From positions 13,578,001-13,642,000 of the forward strand of contig OX442314.1 in assembly GCA_949358305.1 (NCBI GenBank): DNA of 64,000 nucleotides, written 5' to 3'. Below the pieces are notes generated by a model. The model searched no databases and was not told the DNA's origin. It was given only the letters and a program-made list of their open reading frames with translations. Positions 29,001 to 42,315 of the stretch are shown here, piece after piece. Numbering within the stretch: position 1 is the stretch's first letter; each line of letters begins with the position of its first letter. A program made the translations under genes and the position numbers. The stretch is from Strigamia acuminata. Lineage: Eukaryota.

Positions 29001-32000
29001 AAGGTGTTTCATGTTTTCTATACGTATAGAAGATGTTTATCGTGCAATTTACGGTGCTCCTCTTTCTAAATCGTTTCAAAACCCATGAAGTAATTTGGTA
29101 CAAATTTTCTTCATTATCCCCTCACATTTTTTGAAATTTACTATGACAAGCTGAGTGAAAGAATGAGGAGAAAAGTTGCACTAAAAAACTTCCATTTGGG
29201 TTACTCGAATTCTTATGTCTCACATTTAACGGTTTTAGAAATTCCCGTACATTATAGCCGGAACGTAACAACAAAGGCCTAAATAAAACTGATGGTAAAA
29301 TCTGTTTTCTCTTTTTTATTTGACGTTCATGCAGACTTATTATCTTTTTTTTTTCTTTCATTCCATCCCAACTGCATAAATTGAAGACCTACTTACATCA
29401 GAGGGGAGGGATAAAGAATGGGCAATAGATTATTGCTTTAAAAAATTTATTATAGGGTTTGATTCTGGGTTGAGAACTTTTCAGCAAGATTTCCAAATTA
29501 TTTTATTAGTCAATCAAATTGAGTTGAACTGTGCCAGTGCAGCGAAAATTCTATAAAATACATAACTCTGTGTTGAATATTTCTATATATATATCCCTAT
29601 AGTTTGGAGCATATCATTAGAATTAATATTCCAAAGTTGCAAGCGAACATTCATCACAAAGAACAACCCTCTATCTGAACCTCACCTCCACACTCAATTA
29701 GAGTGTCAGATAACTCACCAAGTAAAACCAGAACTATAAAACTTCTCACCAAATTATCGACATGTTAGCTGCAAAGCAGTGATTTAAGTGTTTGCATGAC
29801 TCAAATGAGAGAATTCCCAGAAATGCCTGCATAGACGAGGTTGAATTGAAGACCGAGATTTATTGTCTTAACCTCAAAAAATAAATTAGAATTTTTTGAA
29901 AATGTTGATTAAAAATTTCAATCTCAACTTAGAAATAAGAAAAGGGGAAAAAATGTATGAAAAAATGTAACAGGTGCCAGATGACTCAACATAAGTTGCA
30001 TCAATTTAACACATTTCCTCCCTCTTGCGATGGGCGAAAATTCGAACAAACAACACAACAAAATTACCAATTATTTCATACATGTAAAATACCACCAATA
30101 AATCTCTCCGAATGAAAAGAGACATGACAGCATGAATGCCTTCCTCATTCTTTTTTACCCTCATTTTCCAATAGACAATTGTCAATCAACTCGCCCATAA
30201 TTACCACTCTGCTCGAAAAGCATTTTGCCAAGTACAAAACACAATACAATAACCACCAACTTACAAGTTAGTACAATTGCAAATCAACAGGTGTTTGAAC
30301 TAAGGCTAATCCTCGAGCGACAGATGATCTCAATTAACTTGATCAATGTGCAACTAAATTGCTATTTTTAACCCTGATTCTGACAAGAGAATACAATGGC
30401 ATTACACCAATACATTTTTTACCGATTTAATGATCTCTCAGAAATACATCAATTACGTTTTTGCTACGTACAAATCAATTTCAACTTATGGTTCAATAAC
30501 ATGCAAATGGTGATGGACTGAGTCACACAACTCGGCCCCTCCTTTTTAGTTGTCAAGATCAGTATGAGATTTCTTAAGGGAGTGAACTTATAACGTGATT
30601 GGAATATTCACTCCAAAGAGGAAACTATTTACGCAATTATAAAGTAAATAAAACATAAATAATATACAAATTACACATAAAATCTGGTATCACCTATTTT
30701 TTTTTGAAAAAAATTTACTTATAATCCACATTTCACTTATAATTTGCAATATCTATTAAAGTCACACAACATTTTAAAGACAAATTAAGTCAGTGCTGAA
30801 AATATGGGGGAGAGAGAGAGAAGAAAAAAAAGCCTAGGATAAGTTGATGCAGTTTGCAGGGAATACATACGACCTTAATTACATAGTTTGCGAGGCATTT
30901 TTCCATTTTTATGCATGTCTTTCAATACATGAGACGTGCTCATATTTGGGCAAGAGTTTACATGCGATTGATGCACGTGTCACACGAAACAAGTGGAGTC
31001 ACTTGATGCTTCACATTAAGTACGCCTGTCACGACTTTAGGTTTACCGACAGGTGACAAGCATAGCATGCAAACTTTAACGATGACTCTTGGAAAAATCC
31101 AACCGGAACTTTTTTGTCAATACAATCTTCTCCGTCTCCCACCTATTTGTACTTCCTACTCGTCCCCAATTTGAAAAGATGTGCTACTTTCTTAATGGAC
31201 GAGCACATGAGGGATAGCCACGCAATGTCTGCGCAGATGACAGATGGTCCAAATTACACCTGCGCGCGCCTTTTCAAGTTTCAATGTTAGACGAGCCGTT
31301 ACATCAACCTCTTCTTCCTTTTTTGTACCATTGTAGTCGACATTGTGAGCAAGACTATGACAAATCCACTTGAAACCGTTCCAACTTGCAAGAAAATGAG
31401 GAAGTTTGAAGAATAGGAGTAAATTGAGTACATTTTTAGTGCATTGATGGCCACAAGGCTTAGGGAGGTGCAATGTCTGCATGATGAGGAAAACAGCTCA
31501 TCTGCAACCATTCATCTCCGTCAAGATGGACGTAGCAAGGGGTCTCTTCAACCCCTACACAAGTTTTTGACGTGAGGGTGAAGACCCCTACTTGATTAGC
31601 ATTTGAGGAAAAACCTAGGGGTCACCATTAAAATTGCAAGATACATTCTTTCATGTCATTTGCGATCTCATATAGAAAATAATATAATACAATTCGGGCC
31701 GCTCCTGCTTGAATCATCGTGCGAAAGATGCGTAGGAGATTTGTAACGACATCCATCTTATGAATCAGCAATATCTCTTTATTGCATCTTTAAAAATTAC
31801 ACTTTAACAGTAGCTATTGATATATATAAATTTTAAAAGCCGTAATTTTCATTACTTTTATCTCTCTCTCTCTCTCAACATTTTACAGTAATTGCAGCCC
31901 CATTTTTTTAAAGCCCATTAGGCATTACCAATCAAATTTTTACAGCTTACATCCAAAAAAATGAATAAAAAAAATCTACCCTAATAAAAAATCTTTCAAA

Positions 32001-35000
32001 AAAAAAACCTTCCACTTGAATCATAAAATGTATGTTCGTATTTAATTACTTATGCCCTTCCATCTTGAATTTCAACCCCTCCATACAATCCTTCTCTCAC
32101 TTATTCCTTGGTATTTCTTTAACGAGAAGTTGTAACAAATAGGTACATAATTTAAAAACATTCGCTGTGTGAACCTCATTAAAATTGTCTGCATTAATCA
32201 ACATCATATCATGACCTTCTACGGATCACGTTTCTTGCATGACTCTTTGGAAACTCTGCATATTGCACCAATTCACCAAAAAAAAGCTGGAGAGAATCTG
32301 GGCCTATCTGCACCCTAACATGTGGCTGATCGTATTTCACTTTACACATCTATGCTCACCCTCAACTTCAACTAGGAACACGTGTTGTGTGTAAACTCTA
32401 TAAGTTCTTTTTGTTTACTTTCTTTGTATAATAAGCCAACAAATAAGGACGAGAAAATTGACGACAAAATTTAACATATCTTTTGAGGGTGAATGACCTT
32501 TTTATTTTTATTGTATAAACAAATACAATATAAAATGTTTTTAAAGATTTTTTTTAAAAGATGGCTTTAACTGATGACTTTTTAAGGACAATGTGAGTCT
32601 GAACTGAATCATTTATGAAATCTGACATGGTGGGTTTTTATTGCTCTTCTACAATAGGTGGGGTATATAAACGAGTAACATTAATCTTGATGACCCCACT
32701 TTATCTATACAATTTGCATGTAGAAGATAATAGTAGGAGAAAAAAATATTATTTTAGAGAATGGTTAAGTTATTATTATTATTTTTCTTCAATTTCTATT
32801 TTAAAATAAAAAAAATACATACTAATTATATATTTTTTTACCTGCAGGTTTGAAGTTCTCCTATATCACATCATCAAATTTATGTTTGCAATTGAGAGCT
32901 GCATTCTATCACTGTCACCTAACAACAATGAACTACTCAGGGGACATAAACAAAAACAATAAATTGCCACAATACCAAACAAGTTGCTTCATCAAACTCA
33001 GTTATTCACATCATCTAAAGAGGATTTTGACCTTCAATTAAACGCAACAACAACATAATAAGAATAAGAAAAAAAAGAGTAAATTAAAAAAGAGAAAATT
33101 ACATCACCACAAGATGATGTACGTCATTTATAATACACGACAAAAGAGAATTAAAACCTTTAACAAACAACTGGACAATCATTTAATTATTTTTATTTAT
33201 CTATTACAGATAAAATTAAATGATTAAAAATTACTTTTCCACAGAATCCATTAACAATTTAGGACGGAATTAATTAATTTCTGTGCAGTCTCATCTCCAA
33301 ACATGACATCTTTATGGTCCGTAGTTAAGGAAGCATTAAGTCTTGTAATGTACAAGATTTCCTGCTTGGCAACTGCATTAACACTTCTAAGCCCGAGCAT
33401 TTCTTTCGGTTCAGTTGCCCTTGGAAACAATGAAATTATTCACTGTTTAGATATATATTTCTTGACTGCACCTACTTCTATATCTACACCCAATTAATAA
33501 CCTCATAAAATACAGACGCTTGTCTGCATCCATTTCACCTTCAAGGGCTTTCTCTAAATTAGCTGCTATTATTGCATCCACCGCTCTATATATCGTGCGA
33601 TTAAATTATTTCCCCCTCTTAAAAGATGAGGGCAGGGGATGATAAGTTGGCAAAGTGGGGGAAGGGAGAAAAAGAGTGGGAGTGTGCACATTCTCCACAC
33701 ACAGCCAGTGGGATATTCCTACAATATTCGTGCGTGTTCATCCAATCAAACCTCAATGCTGCTTTAGATAAGTCATCATCACGTCACGCAATTTCTTTTT
33801 TTTATAACTTTCAGACCCCACTTAAATCCCACCTTTCTCATCTTGATGGGCTTTTCCCCGAGTCATTTTTTTTTTGCTTTATACTCAGAGTTAAACAACA
33901 TTTTTTTTCTTCTTGTTCTTTGCTTTACACCTGAGTCAACTCGGTCAGTGAGTACTTTGAAAAGCTTGTCATACGGTAGAGTGAATTTGCACTTTGAAAT
34001 GTCTCGCACATTCAAATCTTCAGTTGGCACAATAGACCATTAGTTGTTAAATGGATCAGGGATGTTTATAGAGAATATTTTCAGCCTGTCGCCCTATATT
34101 TTTTTTTATAAACTGGGGGCTATTGAATGTTGGTGATTGGATTACAATGGCCAATATAGTAGTTTGTACGACAGGTACGAAAGGCATTAAAAGGTGCTTG
34201 AAGGTCAATCTATATCTGTCCCTTCATAGCACATCATCCTTCTATCAATTTACCTCTACTAACACTTTTTACGATGCGAGATAAAACTGAATTGCACCAA
34301 TCTGGTACCGTTGCAATTACAACTGGTTTCACAAACCAGATGTCACCTTGATTCTCACCTGAAATTAAAAATTTTTTGGGCAATGGACTTTTTTTTAAGG
34401 TTAATTAAAATTCTGCATCTCGATTGACACTCTTTTACAAGGTTGCGAATTTTTCAAGATGCATACTAAAGGAATGTTAAAATAAAAAACAATTCCAAAT
34501 TTAATATTTTATTTGATATGAAAATATGACCTTTGAATTTGATTTCCAGAGTCTTTTTCAAAAATTATTTATACGCTACACCAAGGTCAAGGTTTGTATG
34601 CTGATATGTTTTATTCTAAAAACATTTCATTGCATTCATTCATATAAAATATGGGAAAATGACTCGAAAAATGTTCTTTCACAACCATAAAATAAAACTA
34701 CCCTCAAAAGGATTGAATTATTCGAAATAAATGGGGCAAATTAAAGACGACAAAAGATTTAATTAAGTTAATTAAAGTTTGGAATAATAATTACTTTTGA
34801 AATTATCTTGTTATTTTTTTTAATGGTTAATAATTTATAAACAGAAACTTGTTTTTTTTTTAAAAGTACAATTAGGAAAAGAGAATAAAGAAATTCCTAT
34901 GCAAACAGGACAGCGAGAGGCGTGTCTTGAAAGCGTATGAGTAATAATCAACTTTAAGATTTAAAAATAAGTTTTAAACAAATAAAGAAATCTGACCATG

Positions 35001-38000
35001 AACTTGATGGGTACAATAATCCTTGATCTTGTATTTTTCAATGTTATACCTCATGCTTCATGTCATGCTCATGAATGAGATTAAGGTCAAGAAATATTTC
35101 TTAGAAACTCGCAAGGTGTTAATTATTCTATGATGAAATCGTGATTATCTATGCACAGGGAATTCATCTCGTGCATACGATTTATTTATAAATCTTGTAG
35201 TATATATAGAAGATTAATCTAAAAAAAAACAAATTCTGAGCTGAATGAAATAAGTTTCGTTTTGCTAATAGTCACAATTCTTAGTAAACATGCGTAACAA
35301 GGTTATCAAGAAACTTTGCCCTTTGAATGAATTTTACAGTCAGTACAAAAAAAAACATTATGTGCAACATGTTAAACTTTTAAAAATTGAATAAGTTTAT
35401 TTCTTATGTTTTATACAGTCATTAAAACGTTTTCCACGATTTATTAGATTTGTAGAGTTGTATTTTCTCTAAACAGATGTATCTTTGGACTTGAAATATA
35501 GATCATAATACACTCGGGCCTTTGATGCTAATTTCTTGTATAGTAAATGATGACATCTGTCAGTGTGTACAATTCAAAAACAACATCTTGCCTTATTTGC
35601 ATTTAAGATGCACATCCCAATGTCATATAGAAGGTAAATTGCATCAGTACTAAGCTTAAAGCTATGCAGTGCATACAAAATAAGAAACCCCTAAAACCTG
35701 TCCTGCTATGAGAAACAGCAATGCATATTACATAGCTTTTTTTCTCTAGCTTGTGAGATATATTTGCTGGCCTGCAGTGCATGGAAACAGTAGCAATGTA
35801 TAAAATACCATTTAATCCTCTTTTTTTTTTCTTTTGTAAGCTCTCAGATTCGTGGACCAAGACTTATCTAAAGCTAATTAACAAAAAACAACAGTTTTTT
35901 TTTAAAATTTTAATTTATTCAAATCTTTTAAATCATTTCTACTGTACTTTATGAATCAATTTGCATGTTTAAAAGTTGATGTAAGTAGCAGCTGTTTTTC
36001 CAGTTTACTTTCGTATACATTCATTGTTAATATGTAATTACAAGTCTGGAAATTAATCTCAATCACCCTATGCAAGTCGTGACTTCCCTAATCTTAGTAA
36101 TTGGATAATTCATGGCTAATGTGGGAACTGGATATATAGTGGTAAGTTATTCACAGATACAGAATGGACTTGGACTATCTCTCCTATTTTCAGTTTACCA
36201 TCTCTTTCCCAAACTTCACCTTGATGTCCAAGTTTGTTCTTTAGTAAATAATTGCTTCTTCATTCCTGTACAATACAAAGATGAATATGCACTTTTTCCT
36301 TTGTCTGGCTTTACAATACATTGTTGACATAACCAAGGTAAAACGATATACAGACCTTGAAAATGGGAAAAAAAATTCTCACAACTATCAAAAATCATAA
36401 TCAAATGTGAATGTGCAGTTTACCATGGCAAACGAAATGTGAGTATGTTTTGAAAATGTTTCGAAATTGTAAACTTTTGGTCTAGATTTTAGCATAAATT
36501 CACGCACTTCAAACTGTTAGTAACGGATATTAAGGTTTTTTTTCAGCACTGTAATCACCACTTTTAATCCTCTTAAAGATAAAAGTCACTTTGTAGGAGA
36601 GGCTCGTATAAAAAGATGCAGTAATTCATTAAATTATGTGGAGGAAAAGTGTCATAAAAGTGATGAGCAACTTCACCTTACCTCAATTGAAATTAAAAAG
36701 TCAAAAACCAAAGAAGCATCCTGCTTAGCTAGTTGCTTAGTTTTCTTCATGAATATGAATATATCCTGTTACAGTTTATGGCGAGAAAGTAAAGAAATTT
36801 AAAAAAAAAAAAATTTTTTTCTTCTAATAATTCCAATTTTTAAAAGGCCACGATGCAAATTATACCCCTTATAAAAATTCAACTGATAATTTAAAGGAAG
36901 TTACGCGAAATTGATAGGGGGAATGATAATTGCTAGTCGTTCAAATGTTGCATGAGTATAAAAAAGAGTAAAATACAATGAAGGAAAACATGTTGAATTT
37001 TTAAAAAAAAATTTAATTCTAATATCTAAATTTGTTTTTGATATGTAAATCCTTCTGCAGCTAAAATTTTGGAAGTATCCTCAATTAGGTCATATTTCTT
37101 TTTAAATTCTTAAGCATTCTATCCATTTGCTTATGAAAATATTTAAGAGAAATAAATAAAGAAAAACAAGAGGAGTGACTGTCACAGCAAACATGACTTG
37201 GTTTCATTTAAAAAAGTGTCCTAAAAAAACAAATGTGAAAATTTTAAGCCTAAATTAAATATTTTAAGAAAAAAAAATAACTGTGTTAATAATTAGTCAT
37301 TACATGGCATCATTACATTGCAAATTAAAACAGAGGAAAAACAAAAATTGCCTGCCATTCAAGCTTCAAGGTTATGTTTTCATCTGGCGTATAAATACTA
37401 CTACTGACATCTATTGGGAGAATCTGTAAGTTTAAAAATAAACCTCAGAGTATTGCTCAAGTTTTAACCACCTGACAAAAAGTGAACTGTTTCGACTTTT
37501 TAATCAATATCAAATATGTTTTTCTTTAATCTGAGATCAAATTAATACATTTTCACACAATTTCAATCCGTATTATGGAATTTTCAGTTGCCAATTTTCC
37601 TGAATATTGAGAATATGCCAACTGGTCAATTTGTAATCATATCACATCAAAATATTAAATATAAAATATATAAAAAAAAATTAATCTCTTACCGGTATTT
37701 TTTTCCGATTTTTATTTGCCCTAAACTGATAAATTTGTGAACTTAATTAACAATCCGCAGGTTTAATGACCTGACATTTACCTCAATTTCGGATCAGACC
37801 TGTAATTTAATGAACTGAATATGGCTTTAAAAAATCTCAAAATTGTTTGTCAATTGAATACACTTCCTAATAAACGCACTTAAAAACGGAAAAAAGGAAA
37901 TTTTTATTCACATTTAATTACATCGTAAGGTAGAATGTAGTTCACAAATAAATAAATCAATTTTATAAATTAAGAAATATTGCTCTTAGATCCAGGACAA

Positions 38001-40351
38001 AGGAAACACCAACCATTATGTGACAAATAAAGTAATTTATTATTGCCACAACATATCCTGAGAGCAGCAAATTGTCAAACCAAGTCAACTGTCGGTCTTA
38101 TACTGATTTACAACTTGTCACGTGATAATGTATTAATTTGAGAAGATCAGTGTTTCTTTTAGTGCGTTGCGTTGCTGAGTCTCTAGTAGAAACAGCTGTC
38201 GCATTCTCTTCAAAGCTGAGCTCATTCCCAGTCTCCCAGGGCTTATTATGTTTCATATGTGAGAAAAGAATAAGCAACTCTTTTTTTTAAAATCTTAAAG
38301 CCTAATGATCGGGTTTACCACTGGAATACACATCCTCAGCACTTTAGCTATAATAAACTATAAGTATAATGATTTATTAATTGGATTTGGTTTTAAAACG
38401 TACTTGTGTTAACCATAATTCATTTTTAATCACAATAACAAACTATTTTTTTTTAAAAAATATTATTATTTTTGTTTATTTTTATTCAAGTCTTATACGA
38501 CTTTTTATGTCTGTGACTGGTTGGATTTCCCAGCATGAGTTGGTAAGATAAATATTCTCTAAATAGTCAGTGAGCTCTCAGAAAAACACTCGAAAAGTTT
38601 TAATAAAACTGTCTTTTCACTCATTTCATGAAATGGGAGTGTCGACAGAACCGAAGCACATGTAGAAAGCAGAATAAAAGCCCCTTCTTTACATCAATAA
38701 ACCACATGTGTTTTTAAAAGGGAAGAAAATGGGTGATGTGGTGGGCTGCTACACTTGTATTTGTCTTCATTTCTTAAGCAGGAGTAATTTTACCCGCGAT
38801 CCGCCTCCAGAGACATTGCCTAATGGTGGCAAGCACCCATAACTATACAACTGTGGGAAAGTATTACCCTAAGTTCGTAAGCAAAACCACCAGTGCCACA
38901 TGGCGACCACTCATCAGCGATGTTGTGAACACACAACTCGACTTGAATTATAGCCAACACGTTGGATATATCATATGCTTGACAGATTGAAATAACACAA
39001 ACAATTCCCAAAACATTTAAAATTTCAATTTTTTAACACTATAATAATTTATAAAAGTTGTTAATTGCTAAGACCATTTTAGCCACGTTTTGGTTTTTAT
39101 TTATTTTTAAAATTTCAGGAATTGTGAATAATTTATACAGAATACGGATACAGGCTCATGAGGCGTATACTTTATTACATCACTTTCATTGAGAGTAATA
39201 ATATTCATATGACTTAAAATTATTGAAATTATCCTGTAATAATTCAGAAATCGTCGGTTATATGAGTCAAATAAGGAAGGAAATGATGATGTTTACAAAA
39301 ATTCTAAATATCAAACTTACTTTTCGTAATTTCTTATCCTTGTCTTCGAAATTTTTTGTTTTCCTTTTTAAAAGTTTTATTTTTAAACTTAATTTAATAC
39401 CACCATAAATTTATACATAAATAACTTTTGAGACACAATCTTACCGACACTATTTGTCCACCGTTTAAGCCTTAACTAATATTAAATATTTATAAACTGC
39501 AGATTGTACGTATAAAAAGCTACAGTATTGTGGTGAAATTGGGCATTTGAGAATGTAATTTGTAAACGAATAAACGTGTATGGAATAAAATCGTATGTAA
39601 AATGTGTTTATTTGAAATTTAATTTAATTTAATTTATTATTTTTTAAATTGAAGATACAGTCTTTAAAACGATCATGCTACAATTCTCAGCAGGAAAGTT
39701 TAGGGGCAGCGATTTTCATGATTCGATATGTGTGTTAAATCTTGACTGTGTGTATTGCTGTGTGTAAATATGAAGTACAATATCGAGTGTTCAATTCCAA
39801 AATGAACACGAGCTAACTATTGTGATTAAGTATGCATTCAATTTTAATTGTTTCCTTATTTCTTCGAAAACAAAACTAGATGCCTTGGAATTAAATAGCA
39901 ATTTTATTAGCAATTTTATCGACTAATCTTTTGTTAGATTTCAATTGTCTAAAAAGGTTTGTCAAAAAAGACAACGGGTTATCATTTTATTGTCAACTTA
40001 TTGATAAGCATCAAAACAGCAGGACAAATTATTGCTACTGTGGTACGTACTGTCGTCAATGCAAATTGAAAACGATTGTCAATTCAACTTCACTCTGGAA
40101 AGTTTTTTGAATTTTTGTTATGCATACTTTGTTTTATTCATTATTGTTATTACAATTTTGAATTTAATGAGTAATAAAAATAATGTAATGAAATACTCGA
40201 CAACTTTTTACATATTACGATACTATCTTCATTTTTATACGTTTAATTAGATTACATTATCCTGTCTAAAAAGGATGTTATTTGTTAGGAATATGTACAA
40301 AAAAGAATGGAAATATATTTATTGTTTCAATTAATTCGATTTATTCATTAG

Positions 40352-40970
40352 CAGCAGTATTACTATACTTATTATGGTCAATGTGCATGCGCAATTACTC
40401 GCAAAACATAACGTGCACGTGCTCACACACTGACGAATTTTGTCGAGAAGACTTTATCGGATTATACAAAAGTTGTTATCATTTTTCTTCTATCAGAACG
40501 CATTGGATTGGAGCCAAACAGTTCTGTGAAGCAATGAATGCATCATTGGTAAGCATCGAATCTACAGACGAATCATTTGCTATCAAACTTCACGTTTATC
40601 GTCTGAATAAATTAAGTAAGGAATTTGTTAAATGGATTTGAAGAATTTGATTACATGATTAATTTATATTGATTTCTTTCTCGTCCATGCAGAAGGTGTT
40701 GCATATTGGACGTCAGGTACAGATGCACTTTCTCCAGGACATTTTTATTGGATGTTTTCTACGAAACTTGTTAATTATACTGATTGGTGCGATGATGATT
40801 CAAGTTACTTTGATATTCTAAATCTCAATAAGCACTGCGTACAATTGTGGAATTTGAAGAAAAACAATTGTTGGTACAAGTCTCCATGCGGCGTAGACCA
40901 CTATCAAAATCTTGCGATACAACCGATTTGCGAATATAATCCAAACTACAATTTCAAATGTGCACTTTAA
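40352..40970 (+). CDS. C-type lectin domain protein 1 (secreted type), exons ~40352-40615 and 40693-40970; 5' end/start codon unresolved
   Basis: Exon A: hydrophobic AVLLYLLW, then C...CYHFS...W.GAKQFCEAMNASLVSIES..E. A phase-1 intron 40616-40692 (GTAAG...CATGCAG) joins to KGVAYWTSGTDALSPGHFYW...YTDWC...HCVQLW...CWYKSPC...PICE, the classic CTLD pattern. There is no in-frame ATG before the hydrophobic stretch. An upstream exon (e.g. ATGA|GTAATA at 40167-40170 spliced to AG at 40350-51) is possible but unproven. Confidence 0.88.
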
Positions 40971-41005
40971 TGCTATGCCACAAATTAATTTTGTTGTTTA
41001 AAATA

Positions 41006-41264
41006 CCGTATTTTATCGATTAAGAACCGCGGTTCTTATTCAAAACTGCCATTTTTGTCAGCAATTACAATTTCGGTTTTTCGTTTGTTACATTTGTTTA
41101 ATGTAACAAATGAAGTCTGAACGCCACGAACGAAGCGTACGTTCATCATTCGAGAGGTTAAATACGGAAACAATAACAATACCGTACTTTTGCAAAAATA
41201 CGTTATTCTTGGTGTCTCAGCTGTGGCTACTATTCGAGGGCGACTCTTAATCGGTAAAATACGA
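41006..41264. mobile_element. Non-autonomous DNA transposon (MITE), Tc1/mariner-pogo (Tc2-like) type
   Basis: Terminal inverted repeats CCGTATTTTATCGATTAAGAACCGC (41006) versus the reverse complement of the right end, TCGTATTTTACCGATTAAGAGTCGC. It is flanked by TA on both sides (41004-05, 41265-66), has subterminal GCGGTTCTTATT/GTGGCTACTATT/GCGACTCTTAAT repeats, and has no ORF. It lies 35 bp after the lectin 1 stop. Confidence 0.8.
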
Positions 41265-41429
41265 TATTTTTGTTCATGTTTTCTTTACTTTCTGAATATT
41301 TGTTCCGATATCTGCGTCTAATAGAGTTCTGGATAGTCTGTTTATGGTCTTTTTTTCAAGAAAAAAATCAAAAAATTGGTTAGATTTATTATCTGTATTT
41401 TGTGGAGTAGAAACGAGCAGCTCTAAACA

Positions 41430-41515
41430 CTGCCATCTGTTGTAGACAGAAGTAACTAATAAAGAATTCGTAGCGCTTTTATTATTAGTTACCATCTGTT
41501 TGCACTAGATGGCAG
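41430..41515 (+). repeat. 86-bp imperfect inverted repeat (hairpin)
   Basis: CTGCCATCT/AGATGGCAG, TGTAGACAGA/TCTGTTTGCA and GTAACTAATA/TATTAGTTAC pair into a ~30-bp stem. Confidence 0.85.
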
Positions 41516-42221
41516 CGGCAAGCAGAAGCTTTTCAGAATTTTAGATGTTTCTTGTTTGTCGCTTAAAAGAAACGATTTCTAAGAGTGAGGTTACATTTTT
41601 TCTATCATTTAATTGAAATACCTAAACAAGTTTCATTACTATTTTTTGTGGGACATTACAAACATACATAGTGTTCAATTATTTTTTATGTAGTTTTGGG
41701 ATAAAAACTACATAAAATAATGATTTTTGAACTTGTTTTTTGAATAAAATTTGTTTTTAAAATCTATTTTTTACAAATTATTAATTAACAGCAAATAAAA
41801 TGGGAAATCTGTATACCTCCACGCATCATTTCACTTTTTTTTTAAAGTCTAAACCTGAAAAAAAATTGGCAGCAGTTCTCCTTTTCGATTTTTGGACATA
41901 CGGTAGTATATTTTTGAGAAAATAATTTAGCTTGTATATTAAAAATTTTATTGCAAATAAAATACACTCGTAAGAAAAATTTACAAAACTTTCAATAACT
42001 GATCATTGATAACCTTGGGTAAACATTCCCCTATGAGACTTCACCGTTTTACCACCAGGGACCCACAGTGTGCTTTAGGCCCCCAAAAAAGATGTTCCAC
42101 AATGTATTCCTGCTGATGATTTTATTAATCTGGAAAAAAAAAAACTGAAGAAAAATTGTCAAGAACTACAAAAAATACTTGTACAAAAAAAATTAAAAGT
42201 AAAAATTAAATAGTAATGAGA

Positions 42222-42315
42222 GAATTCGTCTGTATTGTTTTCGGAATTCGTCTGCGTTGATTTCGGAATTCTTTTCGGAATTCATCAGCGTTGTTTCCGA
42301 AATTCGTCTGCGTTT
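42222..42315 (+). repeat. Degenerate 22-bp minisatellite (GAATTCGTCTGCGTTGATTTCG), ~4.5 copies
   Basis: Units start at 42222, 42244, 42266 (internally deleted), 42278 and 42300 (partial). Confidence 0.85.

Noticed and set aside
35581..35593. 13-nt complement to the miR-31 5' end (CAACATCTTGCCT)
   Set aside because: Isolated single match with no hairpin or 3' continuation; compatible with chance.
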